Positions 18,493 to 27,143 of a stretch of DNA of 64,000 bases are shown piece by piece (positions within the stretch are counted from its first letter, which is position 1; each line of letters starts with the position of its first letter). The stretch spans positions 5,122-69,121 of the forward strand of contig CALWIZ010000007.1 of assembly GCA_944380885.1 (NCBI GenBank). The letters are read 5' to 3'. The position numbers and the translations under genes were made by a program. Under the pieces are notes generated by a model. It was not told the origin of the DNA. It saw only the letters and a program-made list of their open reading frames with translations, and ran no database searches. The stretch is from an uncultured Clostridia bacterium (lineage in GTDB: Bacteria; Bacillota; Clostridia; Oscillospirales; Acutalibacteraceae).

Positions 18493-19650
18493 ATGAAAAT
18501 TAAAAAGTATGTTCCGATATTTGTAAGCGTAATGCTTCTTATTTCTGCCCTCTGCCCGCTTAACTCATCGGCGGCTGAAGAAACAAAAGCCCGCCCGAAG
18601 CTGACGATAGGCAAATTTGATAAGGCGCCTACTATAGATGGTAAGGTTACCGCGGCCGAGTGGGGAGAAAAATCCTTTTCAATCGGAGAAAATCAGCCCA
18701 ATGTTACGGTTTATAAAACCGAAATCAAGAATGAAGAAGGCGAGGTTACCGGTTACAAACCTCTTAATAAAACCACCACAGATGTATATATGGGCTGGGA
18801 TGATACTCATGTTTATTTAGGTGTTGTGGCAAAATATACCGATCATTATGCTTTGGCTATATTGGGAAATCAGCTCTGGCAGGATGACTGCATACAAACC
18901 AAAATTTCGGCAACCGAAAAAGGTACTCAGTATAATGATATTGACTTCGGTATCAGTTCAAGCACCGGAAAGGCACTTGCTCATGTATGGAATCCTACTC
19001 AGGGTGGTATGAAATACGGTCAGCTTCAGGCGGGCAAAGGCAAAGATTTCATGATCACCCGTGAGGGCGATGTAACGACATATGAAATTGCGTTCCCGCT
19101 CAAAAGCTTTGCAACCACGGTTTTGAAGCTGAAGCAGAACGATAAAATTTCCTTTTCGTTAGTTCAGCATATGAGCAAAAATGACACAAAAGGCAACGGT
19201 GCGGGCTTTTACGAGTTTGCCGGTGGAATAGTAATGGATAAGGAAATATCCAATACCGCGGTTATTACTCTCGGCGCGGCAAAAAAACTTGCCGGCTCAA
19301 ACACCAATGAGCCGGTTGCCTCAAATAACAGCAGCGGCGGGAACAATCAGGGCGGAAGCACCACGTCGTCTACGCAAAGCGGCAATAATTCCAATGTAAC
19401 TTCAAGTGATAATTCATCGTCGACCGGCAGTGATATTTCTTCTGATTCTTCGGATATTGAAAGTGATATTAACACTTCGTCGGACAGCAGTACAAATGAT
19501 GTTGATAGTGATACTGCCGGAACCAATGCCGATGAAACAAGCGAGAAAGAGCAAGGCACAAAAAATGTTTTAATTATTGTAATTGTATGCGTTGTGGCTC
19601 TCGCTGTTCTGGGCGCGGCGTTCTATTTCTTGATTTTGCGCAAAAAATAA
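18493..19650 (+). CDS. cell-surface protein: signal peptide, CBM9/DOMON-like sugar-binding domain, Ser/Asn/Thr-rich linker, C-terminal TM anchor
   Basis: The start GKFDKAPTIDGKVTAAEWGE is typical of family-9-like carbohydrate-binding domains. Low-complexity linker SNNSSGGNNQGGSTTSSTQSGNNSNVTSSDNSSS... C-terminal helix VLIIVIVCVVALAVLGAAFYFLILRKK. Confidence 0.55.
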   Translation: MKIKKYVPIFVSVMLLISALCPLNSSAAEETKARPKLTIGKFDKAPTIDGKVTAAEWGEKSFSIGENQPNVTVYKTEIKNEEGEVTGYKPLNKTTTDVYMGWDDTHVYLGVVAKYTDHYALAILGNQLWQDDCIQTKISATEKGTQYNDIDFGISSSTGKALAHVWNPTQGGMKYGQLQAGKGKDFMITREGDVTTYEIAFPLKSFATTVLKLKQNDKISFSLVQHMSKNDTKGNGAGFYEFAGGIVMDKEISNTAVITLGAAKKLAGSNTNEPVASNNSSGGNNQGGSTTSSTQSGNNSNVTSSDNSSSTGSDISSDSSDIESDINTSSDSSTNDVDSDTAGTNADETSEKEQGTKNVLIIVIVCVVALAVLGAAFYFLILRKK

Positions 19651-19680
19651 ACTGAAAATTTATAAATCGGAGGCAAAACG

Positions 19681-21606
19681 ATGAAAAGCGTTAAAAGATT
19701 TTCAGCATTATTGACATCAATTATAATGACATTTTCTCTGATTATAGTTTCAGCGTCCGACGCAGAAATAAAAATTATTAAAGAGGTTACTCCTGAGACT
19801 ATGGATTGGTCGGCGGAGGAAGTAGCATATATTGATTTTTCCGAAATTGACAGCATTTCCCTTGAGGACGGCGCTGTGGGACACGGAATAAAACTTTTAC
19901 CTAATAACGGCGCTACTTCATGGAAAGCGGCAAACCGGCTTTCGGAAGACGGATATCTGCTTTTCGGTAAAGAAGCAAATACTGACGGCGGCAATCCGGA
20001 AAAGCTGGATTTCGGCAATGTCTATTTTAATGTTGATGTACCGCTTGCGGAAAAGGCAAAAACCGCATATGCGTTAAAGGTGGATTATTACGGCGGCGGA
20101 ATCGGAGTTGACGCCGGTTCGTATATAACATTTTGCTACAATAATTCGGAAAAGGCGGAATATACCACCGGTCAGTATAAATACGGCTCTACCTATAACA
20201 GCGGTAAAGTTGAAAGTATGTATGTCCTGCTTTCAGACGCCAATCTTTCCGAAAACGTAGGGACTCCGAAGGGCGATATCCGTATGAATACATGGACCGG
20301 AGCCCAGCTTAAAATACGGCGTATTTCTATTGTCGAATATTCGCCTCTTGTAACGCCAGAGCTAAAAGAAGTATATAAGGGGCCCAAAAAGGAAATAGCC
20401 ACTATTGATTTTTCCGATTTTTCAGAGACAGATATAACAAACGGGAGCTTCGCCGGAAACGGACTCACATTGCTTACAACGCAGGATACGGGTGCGGCTA
20501 TGGCTTCCAATCTGATGGAGGACGGTTATCTTCTTCTCGGAAAACAGGCGCGGCAGACAGGCGCGGACAGCTATGCCAACGGCGCGATCTATTTAAAGCT
20601 GGATATTGCTCCCGCGGATAAGGGCAATACGGCATATGCCGTAAAAGTTGAGTATTACGGAGGAGGCATAGGTACAGATGCCGGCTCTTATATAGATTTG
20701 CGTTATAACAGCGCGACAAGCTCTGCTGCGAGCAAACGCAACACATACGGTGCTACTTATAACAGCGGAAATCTTGAAGCTATGTACTTCCTCCTCGATA
20801 ATGCCGATTTTTCCGAAACAATACAGAACAGCACCTGCGGCGCGGATTTCAGGCTTGAGACCTGGTGCGGAAACGGCACAACAACCGGCGCGCAGCTTAA
20901 AATCAAATCGGTTTCTGTTGTGGAATATGATCCGTTAAAAACTTCGGAAAACGCCGAAAAGCTTTTCAATGTATATTCTGAGGGCAGTGTTCCGACCGAA
21001 ACGGCCCTTATAAATGCGAATACAGGCGAATATACCGGAATGACTTATTCTTCGGCGGTGAATGTTTATAAGCTTATCGATTTGAATGACATTGAGCATT
21101 TTGTGGCTCTTCCCGCATATGACGCAAACGGTCTCGGCACATTCGGAGTTACCGTTTCTCCGGAGGATACGTATGTAAAGAATACCAAGCAGGCAGAAAT
21201 AACCGTATATTATTGGGATGTAGGCACAGGCAATTTCAATATTGAATATAATTCATCTGACGAGGGAGCATACAAGCGCACCGAGACAGTTGTCCTTGAG
21301 GATACCAAGGAGCTTAAATCGCACACATTTACATTGACTTCAGTTGCTTTTACCGGCGCTCAGACCGGAGGCTTTGATTTTAAACTGCTTACGCGTCAGA
21401 ACGATTTCTGTATTGAGAAAATAGTTTTGACAGCCGAGGTAAAATCGGGAGACGTTAACATGGACGGCGAGGTGGCGTCTGAAGATATCGCGGCTCTTGT
21501 CAAGCACCTTATGGGGTCTGAGGTTTACGAGAATACCGATGTTAACGGAGACAATGCTGTAAACATATTGGATCTGATAAGAATTAAAAAGCTCCTTGCT
21601 GAGTAA
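19681..21606 (+). CDS. secreted three-module putative glycan-binding protein with C-terminal type I dockerin
   Basis: Signal peptide, then two ~190-aa internally repeated modules (...DYYGGGIGVDAGSY...GAQLKIRRISIVEY / ...EYYGGGIGTDAGSY...GAQLKIKSVSVVEY) and a third beta-sandwich-like module. The dockerin duplicate Ca-binding loops are GDVNMDGEVASEDIAALVKHL...DVNGDNAVNILDLIRIKKLL. Confidence 0.8.
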   Translation: MKSVKRFSALLTSIIMTFSLIIVSASDAEIKIIKEVTPETMDWSAEEVAYIDFSEIDSISLEDGAVGHGIKLLPNNGATSWKAANRLSEDGYLLFGKEANTDGGNPEKLDFGNVYFNVDVPLAEKAKTAYALKVDYYGGGIGVDAGSYITFCYNNSEKAEYTTGQYKYGSTYNSGKVESMYVLLSDANLSENVGTPKGDIRMNTWTGAQLKIRRISIVEYSPLVTPELKEVYKGPKKEIATIDFSDFSETDITNGSFAGNGLTLLTTQDTGAAMASNLMEDGYLLLGKQARQTGADSYANGAIYLKLDIAPADKGNTAYAVKVEYYGGGIGTDAGSYIDLRYNSATSSAASKRNTYGATYNSGNLEAMYFLLDNADFSETIQNSTCGADFRLETWCGNGTTTGAQLKIKSVSVVEYDPLKTSENAEKLFNVYSEGSVPTETALINANTGEYTGMTYSSAVNVYKLIDLNDIEHFVALPAYDANGLGTFGVTVSPEDTYVKNTKQAEITVYYWDVGTGNFNIEYNSSDEGAYKRTETVVLEDTKELKSHTFTLTSVAFTGAQTGGFDFKLLTRQNDFCIEKIVLTAEVKSGDVNMDGEVASEDIAALVKHLMGSEVYENTDVNGDNAVNILDLIRIKKLLAE

Positions 21607-21684
21607 TCGGCTTATAGAAAATTCAGTTCACCTGTTTTTTTCAGACAGCGGAAGCGCTTTTGAAATATTTTGTGGAGGTTGAAT

Positions 21685-24600
21685 ATGTTCAACAAATTAA
21701 AAACATCTTTAGCAGCTTTACTTTCTGCTTTGATGCTTATTACGCTTGTGCCGGTATCTTCCGGATATAGGGCGGAAGCGGCTGATGAGACGCAGAATGA
21801 TATTCAAATAATAAGAGATGATCCGTCGGCTCTTGACTGGGAGGCTGAAGAAGTCGCGTATATAGATTTTTCGGAAATCGACCAAATTTCTCTTACAGAT
21901 GGCGCCGAGGGACACGGTATAACCCTTTTGCCGAATAGCGGAGCGACCAGCTGGAAGGCTGCCAACCGGCTTTCGGATGACGGTTATATGCTGCTCGGAA
22001 AAGATTCAAATACAGATGGCAGTGATCCCGAAACTTTTGATATAGGTCATATATATTTAAGGCTGGATATTCCTTTAGAGGACAAAGCCGATACACCGTA
22101 TGCTGTAAAGCTTGACTATTACGGGGGCGGTATAGCGGTTGACGGCGGTTCTTATGTAGATCTTTACTATAATTCAACTGCCGGCAAAGAGGCGTCCTCC
22201 CGTATAACCTACGGCAGCGATACATATAACACCGGTAAGGTTGAAACCAAGTATTATTCGTTACCTGAGGCTGATTTTGCCGAGTCTGTAGGAACACCTA
22301 AGGGAGATATACGTCTTTCGACATGGAATAATGCCCAGCTTAAAATACGCAGGGTTTCGATTGTTAAATACGATCCTCTTGATATTCCTGAAATGGTAGA
22401 ACTTTCAAAGGGCAGCGAGAGTGAGGAACCGATTGCGAAAATTGACTTTTCGGATTTGTCCGGTACAGATATATCCAACGGTGCTTTTGAAGGCGACGGT
22501 CTTACATTGCTTACCACGCAGGCTACGGGCAGTACAACTGCCTCAAACCGTATGGAGGACGGTTATCTGTTGCTCGGAAAGCAGGCAAGACAGACCGAGA
22601 CGGATACTTTAACCAACGGCGCTGTATATATAAAACTTGATATTCCGCTTGTTGAAAAAGCGGAAACACCATATGCGGTAAAGATTGAATATTATGGCGG
22701 CGGGTTAGGAGTTGACAGCGGTTCTTATATCAACCTACGATATAACAGTACTTCAAGTGATAATTCCGCCAAGCGAAATACTTATGGCTCTGCATATAAC
22801 AGCGGTAAGCTGGAAACTATGTATTATTTACTTGATGACGCGGATTTCAGCGAGACAATAAGAGACAGCGGCTGCGGCGCGGATTTCAGACTTGAGACCT
22901 GGTGCGGAAACGGTACGACGACCGGCGCGCAGCTTAAAATAAAATCTGTATCCGTTGTGGCATATGACAGTGAAAACCCGCCTGCCGATCCGTCTTCACT
23001 TTTTCCGAGCGAGGCTGTGGGAGAAATACCGGATGATACCGTATTTATCAATCCTAATAAGGGACAGTATTACGGTATTACCTATTCCAGCGGCACGCCT
23101 GTCGTTCAGATAATAGATAAAGACGGCGCTGCGCATTATGCGGCTCAGTCTGTTGACTATCTTAACTTTAAAATTACAGATCCGGAAGTAAAAGCGGCGG
23201 ATAAGGTTACGCTTATAATACGCTACTGGGATATAGGCAAAAGAACATTTTCGGTAGAGTATAATGCCGAAACACCGGATCCATTGCCGGAAAACACTTC
23301 GGAAAGCTACTATACCTATTTTTCAACGTCTTCAATAGAAATGACGGACAGCAAGGAACTGCTTACTGTTGAAATTCCTTTGGAGAATGCTGCCTTTGCA
23401 GGCAAGCAGAACGGAGCAAATGATTTCCGCATACGCTCAATGTATATTACTGATTTCTATATCGAAGAGGTCGCCGTGCGTATAGGTGTAGAGGATGTTA
23501 CACAGTACAAGCCTCCGGAATTCCCTGAAATGACAGATATAAATAATTTCAAGGATAAAACAGTCGTAGGCTATCAGGCATGGTTTAAGGCGTCTGACAG
23601 TGAAACCAGCGGTTGGGATCACTGGAATTCCGGTTCTGCTCCTGCCGGAGGAAAACAGACTTTTGATGTTTATCCCGATGTGAGTGAATATCCGGACAGC
23701 GTGCTGTATCAGACCGGTTATGCCGATTTGCTTAACGGGCAGCCTGCGGTACTTTATGACGGCACATCCAAGGAAGCCATTGATTTACAGGTAAAATGGA
23801 TGCAGGAATACGGTATTGACGGCTTTGCGGTTTCACGTTTCTATTCCGGCACAAGTTCATTCCAGATACCTGGAACCAATAAGATTGATTATATGGTAGA
23901 ATCTGCGGAAAAATATGATCGGCTGTTCTATTTGGGTTATGATCTTTCCGGAATCGGCGGTAACGGTGAGTCGGGCATCAGACGTCTTCAGTTCGATTTT
24001 GTGCTTAACGTTGAACAGAAGTTTGTATCTTCTCCCAATTACGCTCAGATAGACGGCAAGCCGGTTGTAAGTCTTTGGGGCTTCCAGGGTTCGCAGTTTG
24101 ACCGTTATCCCAATACCGAGAATGCGCTTATGCTTATTAACTGGTTTAAGGAAAGAGGATATTATGTAATCGGTGGTGTTCCTGACAACGACTGGGCTAA
24201 TGATACTTCGGATTATGCGGCGGTTTATGAAGCGCTTGATATGATTACCCCGTGGACTGTCGGACGTTTCAATCACACAAACGCACAGTCTTATCTTGAA
24301 GGCAAGTACGAACAGGACAGAGCATGGCTTGATGATTACAATGCGGAGCATCCCGATGATCAGAAGGAATATATGCCGACGATTTTCCCGGGATTTTCGT
24401 GGGCAAACTGGGCGTCAGGCGCACCAAACTCAACTGCGCGGCTTGCAGGAGAGTTTATGTGGGATCAGGCTACTCTTGCTAAAAAATACGGATTCACATC
24501 TTCTTTCATAGCTATGTTTGATGAATACGACGAAGGTACATCGATTCTGAAAATGGCAGAGGACTCTATGTCTATACCGAGTGATCAGTACTTTGTTACT

Positions 24601-25851
24601 GCGGCTGCCGACGGCAAATGGCTTTCTTCGGATTTTTATATGCGGCTTACCGGAGCAATCAGCGATATGCTGCGCGGCGAACTGCCGGCAACAGATGATG
24701 TTCCGATTCCGCACGCTACCGGTCCGGTATTTTGGCGCAACGGCTTTGAGAGACGTTACATCAACTATAAGGGCAACAATAATCAGATTACTACCGCTCT
24801 TGCTAACATCGATGTATGTGTACCCGATGGTGAAGTACTTATAAACAATGGTATAGAAGATCTTTATATGCTTGATATGTATGAAGATCCTTATAAGGAA
24901 GGCTATACCACAACCGGAGATTATTCGTTTAAGCTTAACGGTCTTGCGGCTCCGGAAAGCGGAAAGGGTCAGTTTTATTTCCAGATTGCCGAAACCGACA
25001 TAGAAGTTCGCGACAATATGGTGCTTTCCTATAACTTGCGTTCCGATAATGATCTTGGCGGATTTGTATTTGTTGATTTAATGCTCGATAACGGAAAGAA
25101 ACTGAGTGAAATAAACGGCAGCAAAGTGAAAGCTAAACGCGGGACAGACGGTGAATGGACCCCGGTAACTTTGGCACTTGATTCTTCACTTACGGGCAGA
25201 ACCATTGAAAGCGTTATTATAGCGTATGAGTCGGAGTACACCGGTGAATTTGACGCTTACATAGATGATATAGTTATTGAATATGCTGACGCTACGCAAG
25301 AGGGTCTGAAAGAATTGGTTGCACGTGCCGAATCAATTATTGCCGGAGCGAATGCTGAAAGCTACACTGCAGCTTCCGTAAAAGACCTGCAGGCTGCTGT
25401 TTCAAAGGCAAATAGTCTAATTAACAGCGGCAGCGCAAGCGAATCCGCTCTCAAAGCAGCCTATTATGAGTTGGTAGACGCAATGAACGCACTTGTCGGT
25501 ATAGTAAAGACCAAGCCTGTGGCTGAAGATCCTGATGAGAATAAAACGCCGTCTGATATGAACAATAATCAGGGTAACAGTCAGAATAGCAGTCAAAATA
25601 ACAATGAAAGCAGCGGTTCAGATAATAACAGCATCACTGAAGAACCTGAGGAGACTCCCGAAGAACCGATAGAGAATCCGAACGAGTCTACAGATAAGAC
25701 GCCCGAAGAAAATCCGGCGGACACCACCGGAACTGATACGGAAAAGGGATCGTCAATACCTTGGCTTCTTATTGGAATTATAGGCGGAGTAACGGTTGTT
25801 TTACTCGGACTGATGGTCATTTATTCGGTGAAAAAAGGTAAAAAATCTTAA
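21685..25851 (+). CDS. membrane-anchored multi-domain surface enzyme: the same three N-terminal modules as the preceding gene, GH99/GH71-like (beta/alpha)8 domain, CBM-like beta-sandwich, helical FIVAR-like segment, acidic/Asn-rich linker, TM anchor
   Basis: Start at ATG 21685 after GGAGG. The N-terminal ~590 aa is collinear with ORF 19681..21606. The catalytic-like region reads VVGYQAWFKASD..GWDHWNSG...WMQEYGIDGFAVSRF...IAMFDEYDEGTSIL, which resembles the GH99 pattern YYxWY..W.HW...SFNEWHEGTQIE. The C-terminus is IPWLLIGIIGGVTVVLLGLMVIYSVKKGKKS. Confidence 0.7.
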   Translation: MFNKLKTSLAALLSALMLITLVPVSSGYRAEAADETQNDIQIIRDDPSALDWEAEEVAYIDFSEIDQISLTDGAEGHGITLLPNSGATSWKAANRLSDDGYMLLGKDSNTDGSDPETFDIGHIYLRLDIPLEDKADTPYAVKLDYYGGGIAVDGGSYVDLYYNSTAGKEASSRITYGSDTYNTGKVETKYYSLPEADFAESVGTPKGDIRLSTWNNAQLKIRRVSIVKYDPLDIPEMVELSKGSESEEPIAKIDFSDLSGTDISNGAFEGDGLTLLTTQATGSTTASNRMEDGYLLLGKQARQTETDTLTNGAVYIKLDIPLVEKAETPYAVKIEYYGGGLGVDSGSYINLRYNSTSSDNSAKRNTYGSAYNSGKLETMYYLLDDADFSETIRDSGCGADFRLETWCGNGTTTGAQLKIKSVSVVAYDSENPPADPSSLFPSEAVGEIPDDTVFINPNKGQYYGITYSSGTPVVQIIDKDGAAHYAAQSVDYLNFKITDPEVKAADKVTLIIRYWDIGKRTFSVEYNAETPDPLPENTSESYYTYFSTSSIEMTDSKELLTVEIPLENAAFAGKQNGANDFRIRSMYITDFYIEEVAVRIGVEDVTQYKPPEFPEMTDINNFKDKTVVGYQAWFKASDSETSGWDHWNSGSAPAGGKQTFDVYPDVSEYPDSVLYQTGYADLLNGQPAVLYDGTSKEAIDLQVKWMQEYGIDGFAVSRFYSGTSSFQIPGTNKIDYMVESAEKYDRLFYLGYDLSGIGGNGESGIRRLQFDFVLNVEQKFVSSPNYAQIDGKPVVSLWGFQGSQFDRYPNTENALMLINWFKERGYYVIGGVPDNDWANDTSDYAAVYEALDMITPWTVGRFNHTNAQSYLEGKYEQDRAWLDDYNAEHPDDQKEYMPTIFPGFSWANWASGAPNSTARLAGEFMWDQATLAKKYGFTSSFIAMFDEYDEGTSILKMAEDSMSIPSDQYFVTAAADGKWLSSDFYMRLTGAISDMLRGELPATDDVPIPHATGPVFWRNGFERRYINYKGNNNQITTALANIDVCVPDGEVLINNGIEDLYMLDMYEDPYKEGYTTTGDYSFKLNGLAAPESGKGQFYFQIAETDIEVRDNMVLSYNLRSDNDLGGFVFVDLMLDNGKKLSEINGSKVKAKRGTDGEWTPVTLALDSSLTGRTIESVIIAYESEYTGEFDAYIDDIVIEYADATQEGLKELVARAESIIAGANAESYTAASVKDLQAAVSKANSLINSGSASESALKAAYYELVDAMNALVGIVKTKPVAEDPDENKTPSDMNNNQGNSQNSSQNNNESSGSDNNSITEEPEETPEEPIENPNESTDKTPEENPADTTGTDTEKGSSIPWLLIGIIGGVTVVLLGLMVIYSVKKGKKS

Positions 25852-25938
25852 ATTACAAAAAAATAGTTTTTAACGGCAAAATTCCCGTTTCGTAAAAGCG
25901 GACGGGAATTTGCTGCATCTAAATTACGAGGTTGAATC

Positions 25939-26910
25939 ATGTACAGTTCAGTAAATGTTATTAAAAAGGTCGAAAAACCTGTTCTTACCTATAAGGATAT
26001 ACCTTATAAAGCGGCGCTTATATTTAATGCCGGCGTAGCTAAAATTGACGGAAAATATGTAATGCTTTTCCGCAACGATTACGGGGACTATGAAAATCAT
26101 AAGTTAGAGGGTACCAATTTAGGTCTTGCGTACAGTGAAGACGGTATAAACTGGAAAGCTGAGCCGCAGCCTTGCTTTGCGATTTCGAGTGAGGAAATTC
26201 ACCGTATATATGACCCGCGTCTTACAGTGATAGACGGTAAATGCTATATTTGTTTTGCTATGGACACAAATCACGGTATTCGCGGCGGTATAGGTTATAC
26301 CGATGATTTTAAGGAACTTAAAATCCTTTCGTTAAGCACTCCTGACAACCGCAATATGGTACTGTTTCCGGAAAAAATAAACGGCAGTTATGTAAGGCTT
26401 GAAAGACCTATGCCGGTATATTCACGCGGAAAAGACCGTTTTGATATCTGGATGTCAAAATCACCTGATTTAAAATACTGGGGGGAATCTGAACTTGTAT
26501 TGGGAGTTGAGCAGGTACCGTTTGCAAACGATAAAATCGGTCCCGCGGCTCCTCCGGTCAAAACAAAGTACGGCTGGCTTACAACCTTTCATGCGGTAGA
26601 GCGTGACGAAACACGCGGCAAGCATGGCTGGGAACCGCGCTGGACAAAGATATATTACGCCGGTATAATGCTTTTAGATCTTTACAATCCCGCAAAAGTT
26701 TTGGGAATCTGCAAAACTCCGCTTATAGCGCCTGAGCTTCCGCATGAAACTGATGAAGGCTTCCGTACCGATGTTATTTTCCCAGGTGGTATGATACTTG
26801 AGGACAATGGAGAAGTAAAAATATATTATGGTGCTTCTGATACTGTTGAATGTTTAGCTACGGCAGACGCGGAAGCGCTTGCTGAACTTTGTTTGGAGAA
26901 CGGCATTTAA
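25939..26910 (+). CDS. GH130 beta-mannoside phosphorylase/hydrolase
   Basis: 323 aa five-bladed-propeller family pattern: IFNAGVAKIDGKYVMLFR, GLAYSEDGINW, IYDPRLTVIDGKCYICFA, NRNMVLFPEKINGSYVRLERP, GPAAPPVKTKYGWLTTFH, IYYGASD. Confidence 0.85.
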   Translation: MYSSVNVIKKVEKPVLTYKDIPYKAALIFNAGVAKIDGKYVMLFRNDYGDYENHKLEGTNLGLAYSEDGINWKAEPQPCFAISSEEIHRIYDPRLTVIDGKCYICFAMDTNHGIRGGIGYTDDFKELKILSLSTPDNRNMVLFPEKINGSYVRLERPMPVYSRGKDRFDIWMSKSPDLKYWGESELVLGVEQVPFANDKIGPAAPPVKTKYGWLTTFHAVERDETRGKHGWEPRWTKIYYAGIMLLDLYNPAKVLGICKTPLIAPELPHETDEGFRTDVIFPGGMILEDNGEVKIYYGASDTVECLATADAEALAELCLENGI

Positions 26911-27018
26911 CCAAGTAAGAAAAGAAACTATGTATTTAATGATATATTATATTAGGTTAAATACGAACACGCCCACAGAGCGAAGCGGTTTACCTTCAAA
27001 TAGTAAGATATCAAAATG

Positions 27019-27084
27019 ATTATAGGCGGCAATCCGATGCGTAATCTAAAGATATTTTCGCATCGAATTGCCGCCTATAATTTT
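27019..27084. terminator. long near-perfect hairpin (23-bp stem, 17-nt loop) between convergent units
   Basis: ATTATAGGCGGCAATCCGATGCG (27019-27041) pairs with CGCATCGAATTGCCGCCTATAAT (27059-27081) with one mismatch, followed by TTT. It lies 110 nt after the GH130 stop and 60 nt after the end of the minus-strand pseudogene. Confidence 0.45.
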
Positions 27085-27143
27085 AATCCAGAAGGTATAT
27101 ATTTGGCAGAGAAACTTCGGATAAATCCTTTGCCTTTATAATG

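Noticed and set aside
19320-19560. A low-complexity Ser/Asn/Asp-rich stretch, with antisense ORF 19347..19559, could be a DNA tandem repeat or a separate gene.
   Set aside because: It is an in-frame linker of the CBM9-like protein between its globular domain and its TM anchor. I saw no exact nucleotide periodicity.
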